From Spongiibacteraceae bacterium (GTDB lineage: Bacteria > Pseudomonadota > Gammaproteobacteria > Pseudomonadales > CAMLJR01), in assembly GCA_043786385.1 (NCBI GenBank), contig JAYVWC010000013.1:722-64721 (forward strand): a stretch of DNA of 64,000 bases. Direction: 5' to 3'. The position numbers and the translations under genes were made by a program. A model generated the notes under the pieces. It ran no database searches, was not told the origin of the DNA, and saw only the letters and a list, made by a program, of their open reading frames with translations. Below, in pieces: positions 28,960 to 41,100 of the stretch. Positions within the stretch are counted from its first letter, which is position 1; the number at the start of each line of letters is the position of its first letter.

Positions 28960-30591
28960 GTGTTAGTCGCATCCAATATCACCATGCAATTCGGCGCCAA
29001 GCCTCTGTTTGAAAATGTCTCGGTCAAGTTCGGCGAGGGCAACCGCTATGGCTTGATCGGCGCCAACGGTGCCGGTAAATCGACGTTTATGAAAATTTTG
29101 GCCGGCGAGCTGGAGGCTTCGGCCGGCAATATATCGCTCGATAGTGGCGAGCGCATGGTGTTCTTACGGCAGGATCAATTTGGTTACGAAGAGCAGCGCG
29201 TGCTGGATGTGGTGATGATGGGGCATGAACAAATGTGGGCCTGCATGAGCACCAAGGATGCGATTTACGCCAACCCTGACGCTACCGAAGCCGACTACAT
29301 GCACGCCGCCGAACTCGAAGAAAAATTTGCCGAATACGATGGTTACACCGCCGAATCGCGCGCTGGCGAATTATTGATGGGCGTCGGTATTCCGATCGAA
29401 CAACACAATGGGCCGATGCGCGAGGTTGCACCGGGCTGGAAATTGCGCGTGTTACTGTGTCAGGCGCTGTTCGCGAATCCGAATATTTTGTTGCTCGACG
29501 AACCGACCAACAACCTCGATATCAACACGATTCGCTGGCTAGAAAACGTGCTCAACGATCGCGACAGCACGATGATTATCATCTCGCACGATCGCCACTT
29601 CTTGAATCAAGTGTGCACGCATATGGCCGATCTCGATTACGGTCGCATCCAAATTTATCCGGGCAATTACGACGATTACATGGAGGCATCGATTCAGGCG
29701 CGTAATCGTCTGATAACGGCCAATGCCAAAGCGAAAGAAAAAGTTGCCGATTTACAGGAGTTCGTGCGCCGGTTCTCGGCCAACAAATCGAAGGCTCGGC
29801 AAGCGACTTCGCGCGCTAAGTTGATCGAAAAAATTAAAGTTGAAGATATGAAACCGTCGTCGCGGCAATATCCGTGGATGCGTTTTGAATACGACGATAA
29901 GGATAAGTTGCATCGGCTCGCGTTGACGACCGAGCACATGATGTTTGGTTACGACAGCGCCACTCCGATCATCAAAAATTTTTCGACCACTATCGATGCC
30001 GGTGAAAAAGTGGCGATCATCGGCGAGAACGGCGTCGGTAAAACCACGCTGTTGCGTTTGTTGGCGGGCGAGGCGCTCGGCGGTTTGACGCCACAAAAAG
30101 GCGAAGTGAAATGGGCCGAAAAAGCCAAGCTCGGTTATTTCGGGCAGGATCACAGCGCCGATTTTGCCGACGATAGCAGCCTTACCGAATGGATTTGGCA
30201 GTGGGTGCGCGAAGGCGGTTTTGAAGGCGCTGATGTTGAAACACTGGTGCGCGGCACACTGGGTCGTTTGTTATTTTCCGGCGACGATGTAAAGAAATCA
30301 GTGAAGGTAATTTCCGGTGGCGAGCAGGGCCGTATGTTATTCGGCAAACAGATGTTGCTGCGCCGCAACGTATTGTTGCTCGATGAACCGACCAACCACC
30401 TCGATATGGAATCGATAGAATCGTTGAATACCGCGGTGGAAAAGTTTCCGGGTACCGTTATTTTTGTATCGCACGATCGTGAGTTCGTGTCGTCGTTGGC
30501 GACGCGGATTATCGACCTGAAAACCGATCGCAGCATTGTCGATTACCGTGGCAGCTACGAGGAATATCTGAGCAGTCTCGGCATCGAATAA
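28960..30591 (+). CDS. ABC-F family ATPase (YbiT-like)
   Basis: Two ABC cassettes ([24 protein letters not shown]; [13 protein letters not shown]) with an [15 protein letters not shown] linker and no TM segments. Confidence 0.92.
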   Translation: MLVASNITMQFGAKPLFENVSVKFGEGNRYGLIGANGAGKSTFMKILAGELEASAGNISLDSGERMVFLRQDQFGYEEQRVLDVVMMGHEQMWACMSTKDAIYANPDATEADYMHAAELEEKFAEYDGYTAESRAGELLMGVGIPIEQHNGPMREVAPGWKLRVLLCQALFANPNILLLDEPTNNLDINTIRWLENVLNDRDSTMIIISHDRHFLNQVCTHMADLDYGRIQIYPGNYDDYMEASIQARNRLITANAKAKEKVADLQEFVRRFSANKSKARQATSRAKLIEKIKVEDMKPSSRQYPWMRFEYDDKDKLHRLALTTEHMMFGYDSATPIIKNFSTTIDAGEKVAIIGENGVGKTTLLRLLAGEALGGLTPQKGEVKWAEKAKLGYFGQDHSADFADDSSLTEWIWQWVREGGFEGADVETLVRGTLGRLLFSGDDVKKSVKVISGGEQGRMLFGKQMLLRRNVLLLDEPTNHLDMESIESLNTAVEKFPGTVIFVSHDREFVSSLATRIIDLKTDRSIVDYRGSYEEYLSSLGIE

Positions 30592-31213
30592 CCACGCTAC
30601 AGTGGTTTTAGCTGCACCATCACCCATGCGGCTTACGCAAAGTTGCTGCTAGCGCAGTCGCAGTCGGTAAATTTTCAAACACATTCCGCAAATATCGATA
30701 CAGTCAATCCCGGCAGCGGCACGTTCTGTTGTTGGCGAATCCGATGGCGTGCTTTGCTGCCGACACAGTTATCGCGCCTTGTAACGTTGCAAGTTCCATG
30801 TGTGATGTATGCCGCATAAATTATTTTTAATGCGGCGATAACTAATACATATTTTTCGAAGTGGTTGTAATGCGTTTTTTAAAGGAGTACAAATGGCTGC
30901 GTTAGTTTATGGTTATTATTTTAATAAAGTATTTTATTTTAGCTAGGCCATAAAAATAATATTACGGTTTAAAACAAGGCCTATCTTCAGTTTATTCAGT
31001 GGGTGCATTCCTATAAGAGGGATTATAGAAGGAATTCAGTCTGCTGAATGAGCGGTTACATTTTAATAAATTTAACAATAGTGTATTTAGGCTCCCAAGC
31101 CTTATTGATTTAGGCTCAATTGCACCACTGTAAGGTGGTAGTGCGCGGCATTTACTCGGCCGAATTGATAGGTTTTGCCTGAATTTATGAAACATTAAAT
31201 CAGGAGAATAGCG

Positions 31214-34200
31214 ATGCCAAATCATGCGCTAAATCAACCAGCAGCAATCGATTTATCCGTATCCAATAGCGATTCCCTGATGCAGGAAAATTTTCGCCTG
31301 CTGGGCATTACGCCGTTTGAGTTTGCCGATTTGGCATTGGCACAGGCATTTATCCGCCACGGCGGTGCTGCGGCAATCGATATCGGCCGCGATACCGCGC
31401 AATGGCCGCAATTATTTGCACAGCTCGAACGAGCGCACTCGCCGTTTCTCGGTGTGCGTATTCCCGATCGCGTGCCGATGACTGCAGTACTATTGCCGCA
31501 AACAGTCGGCTTTGTTGTCATCGATGCCGGTGCGAATATCGCTGCGTGGAGTTCGCAATTCGCCGTCATCGTACAAGTGACTTCGGTGACGCAGGCATTA
31601 ACCGCGCTGAAAGCCGGTGCGCGTGCATTGATCGCCAAAGGTCAGGAGAGCGGTGGCTTAATCGGCGACGAGAGCAGTTTTATTTTATTGCAGCGCATTC
31701 TGAGTTTGCCGGAGGCGCGCGATATTCCGGTGTGGTGTCAGGGCGGTATCGGTTTACACACAGCGGCGGGTGCGATTGCCGGTGGTGCGTTCGGCGTGGT
31801 GCTCGATAGTCAATTGGCGTTGTTGAACGAAAGTCGCATCGGCGATGACATTAAAAATGCGGTGCGTGCGATGGATGGCAGCGAGACCTGTGTGATCGCT
31901 GGTTATCAACTTTACAGTCGACCGGGTTTGCCGGTTGCTGAAAGCCATGCGTTGAACGCCGATGAAGTGCGTGCGCGGTTGGCCGGCAGTCATCTCTTGG
32001 GCAATAGTAATTTGCAACAAAATAGTAATTTGCAACAATTTTTACCGCTCGGTCAGGATGCGGCGTTGGCGCATGCGCTCGCTGCGCAATGCCCGAATGT
32101 CGAAGCATTGCTGAATAGTTTGCGCGCGAGTATCGCCGGTCATATTCGCCAGGCGCAGGCGTTGCAATCGCTACAGGAAAATAGTCCGCTGGCACTCGCA
32201 CATGGTACGCGCTTGCCGATTGCGCAAGGGCCGATGACGCGCGTCAGCGATACCGCTGCGTTTGCCGCTGCAGTTGCTGAGCAGGGTGCGCTGCCGTTTC
32301 TCGCGTTATCTCTGATGAATGCCAGCACCGCGCGCAAACTACTTGAAGAGACCCGCGCCAGTATCGGTCAGCACAGTTGGGGCGTCGGCGTGTTGGGTTT
32401 TGCCAATGCAGAAATTTTAAATCCGCAACTCGAATTGATTCGCGAATTTCGACCGTCGGTGGTGTTGTTAGCCGGTGGACGTCCGGCGCAGGCGCGGCCG
32501 CTGATCGAACTCGGCATCACCACGTATTTGCATGTGCCGTCGCCAGGTTTACTCGAATTATTTTTGAAAGATGGTGCGCGGCATTTCGTATTCGAAGGCC
32601 GTGAATGCGGTGGCCACGTTGGCCCGCGTTATAGTTTTGTACTGTGGGAACAACAGCTGCAATTGCTGCTTAATTTCGAACACGCCGAAGAGTTGCATAT
32701 TTTATTTGCCGGCGGCATTCACGACGAGCGCTCGGCGGCGATGGTCGCGACGATGGCCGCACCATTGGCCGCGCGCGGCGCAAAAATTGGCGTGTTGATG
32801 GGCACTGCATATATCGCCACGCAAGAAGCTGTCGATTGCGGTGCGATCGTGCGCAGTTTTCAACAGCAGGCGGTTGGCAGCGGCGAAACGGTGTTGATCG
32901 AAACAGCACCGGGACATGCGGTGCGGTGTTTGCCGTCGAATTTCGTGCAGCAATTCAACGCCGAAAAAGCGAATTTGCAAGCGCGCGGTTTGGATCGCCA
33001 AGAAATTTGGAAGCAACTCGAAGAATTGAATATCGGCCGCTTGCGTATCGCCACCAAAGGCGTCGAGCGCGGCGACGATGGCTTGATCGAAGTCGATCAA
33101 CGCCAGCAAAACGATGCCGGCATGTACATGATCGGCCAGCTGATCGCATTGCGCAGCAGCATCGGCAATATCGCCGAATTGCATCGCGCCGTCAGCGGCG
33201 GTGCGATCGAATTTTTAAATAATGTCGAAGTGCCATTGATGCCGCGTGCAAAAAATGCCGAGCCAATTGCAATCGTCGGCATGGAATGCATTTATCCCGG
33301 TTCGCCCGATCTCGAAGCGCTGTGGGCGAATATTCTCGCCGGCAACGATTTGATCACCGAAGTACCGGCCGAGCGCTGGAACACCGATTTATATTATCGC
33401 GAAGGCGCCGCGCAAAAAGGTAAATCGCCGAGCAAGTGGGGCGGCTTTATCGATGCGATTGCGTTCGATCCGCTCGAATACGGTATTCCACCGCAATCGC
33501 TCGCGGCGATCGAGCCGGTGCAATTGCTCAGTTTGGAAGTGGCGAAGCGCGCACTGGTCGATGCCGGTTACGGCGCGCAGCAGCGCTTTTTCGATCGCGA
33601 AAAAACTGCGGTGATTTTTGGTGCCGAAGCGGGCATGGATCTCGCGAACAGTTATGCGTTCCGCAATTTGTATCCACATTATCTCGGCGAATTGCCGCCG
33701 GAACTCGATGCCGTATTGCCCGATTTAACCGAGGATTCGTTCCCCGGTGTATTGGTCAATGTGATCTCGGGTCGCATCGCCAATCGTTTGGGTTTGAGTG
33801 GCGTTAATTATTCGGTCGATTCGGCATGCGCCAGCTCGCTCACCGCGATCGAATTGGCTGTGAAAGAATTGCGCGCCGGTAGCAGCGATATGGTGTTGGC
33901 TGGCGGCGCGGATTTCCACAACAGCATCAACGATTTTTTAATGTTCGCGAGCGTCGGTGCGCTGTCATCGCAGGGTCGTTGTCGCTCGTTCGATAGCAGC
34001 GCCGATGGTATTTGCTTGGGCGAAGGCGTCGGCGTCGTCGTGTTGAAACGGCTCGAAGATGCACAGCGCGATGGCGATCGCATTTATGCGTTGATCGACG
34101 GCATCGCCGGTTCCAGCGATGGCAAAGGTTTAGGTTTAACCGCGCCGCGCAAAGACGGACAAAAACGCGCGCTCGAACGCGCGTATTGGCAAGCGGGTAT

Positions 34201-37200
34201 TCTGCCGGCGGAAATCGGCTTGGTCGAAGCGCACGGCACCGGCACCGTGGTCGGCGATAAAACCGAATTGCAAACGATGACCGAAATTTTCACTGCGGGT
34301 GGCGCATTGCCTGCGCAGGCGGCGTTGGGCTCCGTCAAAAGTCAGATCGGTCACACCAAATGCGCCGCCGGTATCGCCGGTTTTATCAAAATCAGCAAGG
34401 CGCTGTATCACCAAGTGTTGCCGCCGACCTTGCATATCGAAACACCGAATAGCGCGTATCGCGCCGCCAGCAGTCCGTTCACGTTGAATAGCACCGCACG
34501 GCCGTGGCTACAAAATCAATATGGCGTGCCGCAACAAAAATTGCGCGCGGCAGTCAGCGCGTTCGGTTTCGGCGGCGCGAATTTTCACGCGGTGCTATCC
34601 AATTATGTCGGTGATCACGCGAATTACATGGGCGATCCTGCGAATTATCTTGGCAATCAAGCGCATTGCGGCGCGGTGCAATGGGCCGCTGAATTATTTA
34701 TTTTTCGCGGCGAGCAATTCGCGCATGCCGCGCAGACGATGCAGCAGCTGCTTAACTTTATCGAAGCCAGCGACGCCACGCTCGCGTTACGCGATTTGAG
34801 TTTTACTGCGGCGCAGGCCGGCAGCGGCGCGTTGCAATGCGCGTTTGTTGCGCACGATCGCGCTGAATTGTTCGCGAAATTAACGATGGCGCTACAGCGC
34901 GAAATCAATTCGGCGCTTTGCTATCGCGACGCCGATGTGAACACTGGGAAAATCGCGTTTGTGTTTCCGGGCCAAGGCAGTCAAACGCCGGGCATGCTGC
35001 ACGAATTATTTATCGCGTTTCCGCAATTGCACGATGTGTTGGCGATCGATCCGGCGTGTGCGGCGATTTTATTTCCGCCGACCGCGTACGCACGCGCCGA
35101 GCAGCAAGCGCAGCAGCGTGCGATCACCGACACGCGCATTGCGCAGCCCGCGCTCGGCATGGTCGAGCTGAGCGCGATGACGTTACTGAAAGCGCTCGGC
35201 ATCGTGCCGGCGATGGCGGCCGGTCACAGCTACGGTGAATTAGCTGCATTGGCGAGCGCCGGTTGTTTTGATGCCGCGACGTTATTGCAAGTGAGCCGCC
35301 AGCGCGGCGAAGCGATTCTCGCCGCAGCGGGTAACGATCCCGGCAAAATGGCGGCGGTGAATTGCGGTTACACCGAGCTGCAAAAATTATTCGGCGACGA
35401 TGCGGCTGTGGTACTCGCCAATCAAAACAGCGCGACGCAGACGGTAATTTCGGGTCCGACGCTCGCGATCGATGCGGCGCTGGTGTTTCTGAAAGAGCAG
35501 GGCATTGCTGCGAAAGCGATCGAAACCGCGTGTGCATTTCACTCGCCGGTGGTGGCGCGCGCCGCGGTGTTATTTTCCGGCGTGTTGCAAAACGTCGAAA
35601 TCGCAGCTCCGAGTTTTCCAGTGTATTCAAATACCACGACGCTGCCGTATCAAAGCGATACTGATGCGATCAAACATCAATTGGCGCAACACGTGGTTAG
35701 CCCGGTGCGCTTCGTCGAACAAATCGAAAAAATGTACGCCGACGGCGCGCGCGTGTTTGTCGAAGTCGGACCGAAGCGCGTGCTTAGCGGCTTTATCGAT
35801 AATATTCTGCAAGGCAAAGCGCATCGCGCGATTGCAATCGAGCCTGCGGGCCAAACCGGCATCGGCGCATTTTTGCACGCGGTGGCACAGCTCGCGGTGC
35901 TTGGCGATACGCTGGATATGGCGGTGTTGTTCGCGGGACGAAAACCGCGCGTGCTTGATTTAACCACGCCGCAAAAATTATCGGCCGCGTGCTGGATGGT
36001 CGATGGTGGTCGTGCATGGCCGCGCACCGGCCGCGCGCCGCAACACGCTGGCAAAGCGATTACCGCGCCGTTGCAACTCAGTGTTAACAGCGCCGCGCTG
36101 CCCGCATCGCTCGAAGAAAATGCCGTGGTCGGTTATCTCGACAATATGCGCGAATTAGTGCGCGCGCAGCGCGATGTACTGCTCGGTTTTCTCGGCCAAG
36201 CGCCGACACCGATGGCAGCGAGAAATGAAATCGCGACGCCGCGCATTGCTGCTCCAAACTCAACGCGCAACGAATCGATCGCCAGCGTTAAAGTTGACGA
36301 GCCGGAGCCAGTAGCAGATGCCGCGCCGCACGCCGTCGATTTTCAAGCGACGTTGCTTGCGATCGTCAGCGAGCGCACCGGTTATCCGATCGAGATGCTC
36401 GATCTCGATCTCGATTTAGAAGCCGATCTATCGATCGATTCGATAAAGCGCGTCGAAATTATTGGTGAGCTGGCGGCGCGGTTGGATTTTCGCCAGCAAC
36501 TCGGCGCCGATGCCGATGCGCTGCTCGAACAATTATCGACGCAGAAAAATTTGCGCGCGATTATCGACTGGCTTAACGAATATGCCGGAGATCGCAATGC
36601 GAATATGAATTTAGCGACCGGCACTGTAGCGGTTGACGAACAAACCGACACCGAGCAAAAAATAGAAATTCCACTCGGCCGCTACGTATTGAAAAGTGTA
36701 CTCGTCCCGGCTGTGATTCAGGGCGTGCGCGAATTGCACGGCAAACAATTCGTGCTCACCGACGATAGCCTCGGCATTGCAGCGCAATTAGCGGCGCGGT
36801 TAACGGCGCGCGGCGCGCTGGTGCGGGTAATTAATTTCAGCGAAGACGAAGCATTCCCTGCCGATTTGCAACACGTCGATGGCTTGATTCATCTGTGGTG
36901 TTTGAATCCCGACAATCGCGTGCGCGATGTCAAACGCTTTTTCGATTTGGTACGCGAAACACTGCTGCACCAAACGCGCTCGGTATTGGTGGCCAGCGGT
37001 CTCGGCGGCGATTTCGGTTATCACGTGCCCGCCGCGAATGAAATCGCGTCGGACTTTGGCCGCGGCGCGGGCTTGGCGGGCATGATCAAATCGATCGATA
37101 AAGAATGGCCCGAAGTGCGCGCGCATTGGGTCGATCTCGATTTGCGCGAAGCACCGGAGCAATTGGCCGCGCATCTTGAAGACGAGCTGTTGGCGCAAAA

Positions 37201-38155
37201 TGATTTGACCGAAGTCGGCTATCGCGATGGCGCGCGGCGGCGTCTCGAGTTTATCGAGGTTGCATTGCCGCAGCTGACGACGCTGCCGTTGGATTTAAGC
37301 GTCGATAGCGTCGTATTGTTGACTGGCGGCGCACGCGGTATCACCGCAGGTCTTGCGATCGAATTGGCGAAGCGTTATCGCTGCCGCTTGGAATTGGTCG
37401 GGCGCTCAGCATTGCCGTTGGCACCGGAGTCTGCGAAAACTGCAACGATTACCGATATCAAACAATTGCGACAGACGGTGATCGCCAGCGAACCAACGTT
37501 GAAGCCGTTGGAAATTGAACGCCGCTGCGCGCAAATTCTCGCCGAGCGCGAGATGCGCAATACCATTGCTGCAATCGAGGCAGCCGGTGCGCGCGTCGCA
37601 TACACGCAACTCGATGTGCGCGACATCGATGCGTTCGCGGCGTTTATCGAAAATCTGTACGCGCGCTACGGTTCGATCGACGGCGTGATTCACGGCGCCG
37701 GGGTGATCGAAGACAAATTGATGCGCGATAAATCGCCGGAAAGTTTTCAACGCGTGTTCGATACCAAAGTGCGTGGCGCGTTGATGCTCGATAAATTATT
37801 GCGCGCTGATTGTAAATTCGTCGTATTTTTTTCCAGCGTTGCGAGTGCGTTCGGCAATCGCGGTCAAGTGGATTACGCGGCGGCCAACGATGTGCTCGAT
37901 AAACTCGCGCTGACGTTGCGCACGCGTTTACGCGGCCGCGTGTTGTCGGTGAACTGGGGGCCGTGGGCCGATACCGGCATGGTGTCGCCGCAACTCGAAC
38001 GCGAATATGCGCAGCAAGGCATCGGTTTGATTCCGTTGGCAGTGGGCATCGATGCGTTGTTGCACGAATTAACGGCGGGCAGTCGCGATGATGCACAGGT
38101 GGTTTTGATGTGTGGCACACCGGCAAGTTTCGGCGCGCCGAGCAGCGCGGGGTAA
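31214..38155 (+). CDS. Type I PKS/PUFA-synthase-like protein: FMN-dependent enoyl reductase (NMO/FabK/PfaD-like)-KS-AT-ACP-KR
   Basis: PIAQGPM, EGRECGGH and FAGGIHD (ER); DSACASS, EAHGTGT and GHTK (KS); FPGQG, GHSYG and AFHS (AT); DLSIDSI (ACP); TGGARGI and YAAAN (KR). Confidence 0.92.
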   Translation: MPNHALNQPAAIDLSVSNSDSLMQENFRLLGITPFEFADLALAQAFIRHGGAAAIDIGRDTAQWPQLFAQLERAHSPFLGVRIPDRVPMTAVLLPQTVGFVVIDAGANIAAWSSQFAVIVQVTSVTQALTALKAGARALIAKGQESGGLIGDESSFILLQRILSLPEARDIPVWCQGGIGLHTAAGAIAGGAFGVVLDSQLALLNESRIGDDIKNAVRAMDGSETCVIAGYQLYSRPGLPVAESHALNADEVRARLAGSHLLGNSNLQQNSNLQQFLPLGQDAALAHALAAQCPNVEALLNSLRASIAGHIRQAQALQSLQENSPLALAHGTRLPIAQGPMTRVSDTAAFAAAVAEQGALPFLALSLMNASTARKLLEETRASIGQHSWGVGVLGFANAEILNPQLELIREFRPSVVLLAGGRPAQARPLIELGITTYLHVPSPGLLELFLKDGARHFVFEGRECGGHVGPRYSFVLWEQQLQLLLNFEHAEELHILFAGGIHDERSAAMVATMAAPLAARGAKIGVLMGTAYIATQEAVDCGAIVRSFQQQAVGSGETVLIETAPGHAVRCLPSNFVQQFNAEKANLQARGLDRQEIWKQLEELNIGRLRIATKGVERGDDGLIEVDQRQQNDAGMYMIGQLIALRSSIGNIAELHRAVSGGAIEFLNNVEVPLMPRAKNAEPIAIVGMECIYPGSPDLEALWANILAGNDLITEVPAERWNTDLYYREGAAQKGKSPSKWGGFIDAIAFDPLEYGIPPQSLAAIEPVQLLSLEVAKRALVDAGYGAQQRFFDREKTAVIFGAEAGMDLANSYAFRNLYPHYLGELPPELDAVLPDLTEDSFPGVLVNVISGRIANRLGLSGVNYSVDSACASSLTAIELAVKELRAGSSDMVLAGGADFHNSINDFLMFASVGALSSQGRCRSFDSSADGICLGEGVGVVVLKRLEDAQRDGDRIYALIDGIAGSSDGKGLGLTAPRKDGQKRALERAYWQAGILPAEIGLVEAHGTGTVVGDKTELQTMTEIFTAGGALPAQAALGSVKSQIGHTKCAAGIAGFIKISKALYHQVLPPTLHIETPNSAYRAASSPFTLNSTARPWLQNQYGVPQQKLRAAVSAFGFGGANFHAVLSNYVGDHANYMGDPANYLGNQAHCGAVQWAAELFIFRGEQFAHAAQTMQQLLNFIEASDATLALRDLSFTAAQAGSGALQCAFVAHDRAELFAKLTMALQREINSALCYRDADVNTGKIAFVFPGQGSQTPGMLHELFIAFPQLHDVLAIDPACAAILFPPTAYARAEQQAQQRAITDTRIAQPALGMVELSAMTLLKALGIVPAMAAGHSYGELAALASAGCFDAATLLQVSRQRGEAILAAAGNDPGKMAAVNCGYTELQKLFGDDAAVVLANQNSATQTVISGPTLAIDAALVFLKEQGIAAKAIETACAFHSPVVARAAVLFSGVLQNVEIAAPSFPVYSNTTTLPYQSDTDAIKHQLAQHVVSPVRFVEQIEKMYADGARVFVEVGPKRVLSGFIDNILQGKAHRAIAIEPAGQTGIGAFLHAVAQLAVLGDTLDMAVLFAGRKPRVLDLTTPQKLSAACWMVDGGRAWPRTGRAPQHAGKAITAPLQLSVNSAALPASLEENAVVGYLDNMRELVRAQRDVLLGFLGQAPTPMAARNEIATPRIAAPNSTRNESIASVKVDEPEPVADAAPHAVDFQATLLAIVSERTGYPIEMLDLDLDLEADLSIDSIKRVEIIGELAARLDFRQQLGADADALLEQLSTQKNLRAIIDWLNEYAGDRNANMNLATGTVAVDEQTDTEQKIEIPLGRYVLKSVLVPAVIQGVRELHGKQFVLTDDSLGIAAQLAARLTARGALVRVINFSEDEAFPADLQHVDGLIHLWCLNPDNRVRDVKRFFDLVRETLLHQTRSVLVASGLGGDFGYHVPAANEIASDFGRGAGLAGMIKSIDKEWPEVRAHWVDLDLREAPEQLAAHLEDELLAQNDLTEVGYRDGARRRLEFIEVALPQLTTLPLDLSVDSVVLLTGGARGITAGLAIELAKRYRCRLELVGRSALPLAPESAKTATITDIKQLRQTVIASEPTLKPLEIERRCAQILAEREMRNTIAAIEAAGARVAYTQLDVRDIDAFAAFIENLYARYGSIDGVIHGAGVIEDKLMRDKSPESFQRVFDTKVRGALMLDKLLRADCKFVVFFSSVASAFGNRGQVDYAAANDVLDKLALTLRTRLRGRVLSVNWGPWADTGMVSPQLEREYAQQGIGLIPLAVGIDALLHELTAGSRDDAQVVLMCGTPASFGAPSSAG

Positions 38156-38160
38156 GCGCG

Positions 38161-41100
38161 GTGGAACCGATTGCCATCGTCGGCATGGCCGGAATTTTCC
38201 CCGGCGCACCCGATATAACTTGCTACTGGCGCAATATCGTCGCGGCGGTCGATGCGATCAGCGATGTGCCCGCGCAGCGTTGGGATCCATTGTTTTACGA
38301 TCCCGAGTCGAGCGCGATCGATCGCTTTTATTGCAAGCGCGGCGGCTTCGTCGACGACTATGTCGATTTCGATCCGCTGCAATTCGGCGTGATGCCGAAG
38401 GCCGCGCAATCAGCCGATCCCGATCAATTGCTGAGTTTGCGCGTCGGCGTCGATGCATTGACCGATGCCGGTTACAAAACACGAGAGTTTGCGCGCGTGC
38501 GCACCGGCGTGATTATTGGTCGCGGCAATTATTTGAGTGCCGGCACCTTGCGTCTCGAGCAGCATGTGCGGTTGGTGCAACAAACATTGCAAACGCTGCA
38601 AGATTTATTGCCCGATATCGGCGCTGAACAACTCGCGCAAGTACGCACGCAACTTGAAAATAAATTGGATTATTACGGCCCCGATGTCGCAGTCGGCATG
38701 ATTCCAAATTTAGTTGCATCGCGCTTAGCAAATCGACTCGATTTGCAAGGCCCTGCGTACACCGTCGATGCCGCGTGCGCAAGTTCGCTGCTGGCGATCG
38801 AGCAAGCGTGTCAATTATTGGCGCACGGCGACTGCGACATGATGCTCACTGGCGGTTTGCATTTCACTCACGATTTAACTTTCTGGGCGACGTTCTGTCA
38901 GCTCGGTGCGTTGTCGCGCGCGCAGAAAATAAAACCGTTTGCGCACGATGCCGACGGTATTCTCGCTGGCGAAGGTATCGGTATCGTCGTACTAAAACGC
39001 TTAGCCGATGCCGAGCGCGACGGCGATCGCATTTACGCATTGATACAAGGTGTCGGCAGCGCCAGCGATGGCCGCGGCAGCAGTTTGTTGGCACCAGCGG
39101 TCGGCGGCCAATTATTGGCGCTGCAACGTGCGTGGCAACACAGCGCGCTAAAGCCTGAGCAAATCGGTTTGGTCGAGGCGCATGGCACTGGCACGCCGGC
39201 TGGCGATCAAGCCGAATTGGAAACGATGCGCCAGTTTTTCGGCGAACGAGTTTTTGGCGATCACATTTTTGATAAACAGGCGAGCGCCTATCAGCGCCCT
39301 GTGATCGGCTCGGTTAAATCGATGATCGGCCACGCGATGCCGGCCGCCGGTGTTGCCGGATTAATCAAAGCCGCGTTGTCGGTATATCACGGCGTATTGC
39401 CGCCAACGCTGCACTGCGAACAACCGCATGCATTGCTGGCACGCACGCGCTTTCGCACAATATCGAAGTCCGAACCGTGGCACGCCAAGCAGCGCATCGC
39501 AGCGGTGAATGCATTTGGCTTCGGCGGTATCAATGCGCATATCGTGTTGTCTTCGCATCGCGCACAGCCCGTATCGTTTAATCATGCATCGATGGCTGCG
39601 GTTTCGGTTAATTCAATTTCCGTTCAATCCACACATGTAGCGCCACCACCGGTCGTGGTGATCGCCGCTGCATCGCAAGCCGAATTGCTCGAAAAATTAC
39701 AGCGCGCGCAGTGGGATCGAGCGCCCGGCAACGGCACTTGGCGCTTGGCGATTATCGAACCCGATGCGAAGCGTATCGAGTTGGCAAAAAAAGTGGTTGC
39801 GAATGGCAAGGTCTGGCACGGCCGCAGCCAAATTTATTTTTCCTGCGAGCCGCTGCTTAACAATACAAATACGCCGTCAGCAAAAGTTGCGTTTTTATTT
39901 CCCGGTGTCGATAGCGCATTCGAGCCGCGCGCCACCGATGTCGCCGACTATTTTCAATTGCCACTACCGGAACATTGCGAATCGTTGGATCCCGCTCAAT
40001 CGCTGCTAAAAGTAGTGCAGGGTTTATCGGGTTTTAATCAATTTACGTTTAGCGTGTTGAATCGCTTGGCGGTGCACGCCGATGGCATGGCGGGGCACAG
40101 CATCGGCGAGTGGAGCGCGATGGTCGCGGGCGGCATGTTGGCGCGCGAGCGCGCGGAGGCTGCATTATCAAAACTCGATTTCGATGGCGTTAGCTTTCCA
40201 GATTTAATTTTTCTTGCTGCCGCGTGCGATTTAAGCATGGTGCAATCAGCATTGGCTAGCTTAGCCGATGTTGCGCTATCGCACGATAACTGTCCGCATC
40301 AAACGATCGTCTGCGGCAGTTCGGCATCGATTGCGCAGGTCGAAGCGCGCTTGCGCGAACAGAGCGTATTGATGCAGCGGCTGCCGATTGTGTCGGGCTT
40401 CCACACGCCATTTTTTGTCGAACATTTGCCGCATTACCGCGATTTCTTTTTGCAGACCGAGTTAACCGAGTCGAGCGTTCCGGTTTGGTCTGCGACGACG
40501 GCGCAGCCATTTCCGAATTCGGTTGCAGCGAAACAGCAATTGGCGCTCGATCATTTGGTACAGCCGGTGCGCTTTCGACAAATGATCGAAAACATGTACG
40601 TAGCAGGTTATCGCGTATTCATTCAATTGGGCACCGGCAGCCTCAGTGGTTTTGTGCAGGATACGTTGAAAGGCAAGCCGCATTTGGCGATCAACGTCAA
40701 CAGCGACAAACACAGCGGGCTGCAGCAACTAACGCAGCTCAGTGCGGCGCTATGGGTTGAAGGTTTGCAATTTGATTATCGCTTATTGGGTTTTGCCGAT
40801 GCGGTAGAAAACGTTTCATCAAAAAAAACGGCACCCAGCGCGAATTCAATCAAATTGCGCTTAGGAGTGCCGTTGATCCGCATGGAGCCAGCGATGACAT
40901 TGCATGCACCGCGGCTCGGTGTGCTAGATAACGGTTCGCTTAGCGATGATCCGATTCAGCGTTTATTTCACGACACGTTGGTCGATATTCAACAGGTCAG
41001 CGATGAAGTCGCGCAGTTGTATCGACAACGGCAGCAGCGTCGCGATCAATCGCCGCATTTACCACAGCCATCGCAAGCAACTCGCGAAACGCTGCAGTCT

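Noticed and set aside
38110-38160. Programmed frameshift fusing PKS1 and PKS2
   Set aside because: PKS1 ends after a complete KR, PKS2 has its own GTG at the KS start, and no slippery sequence is evident.
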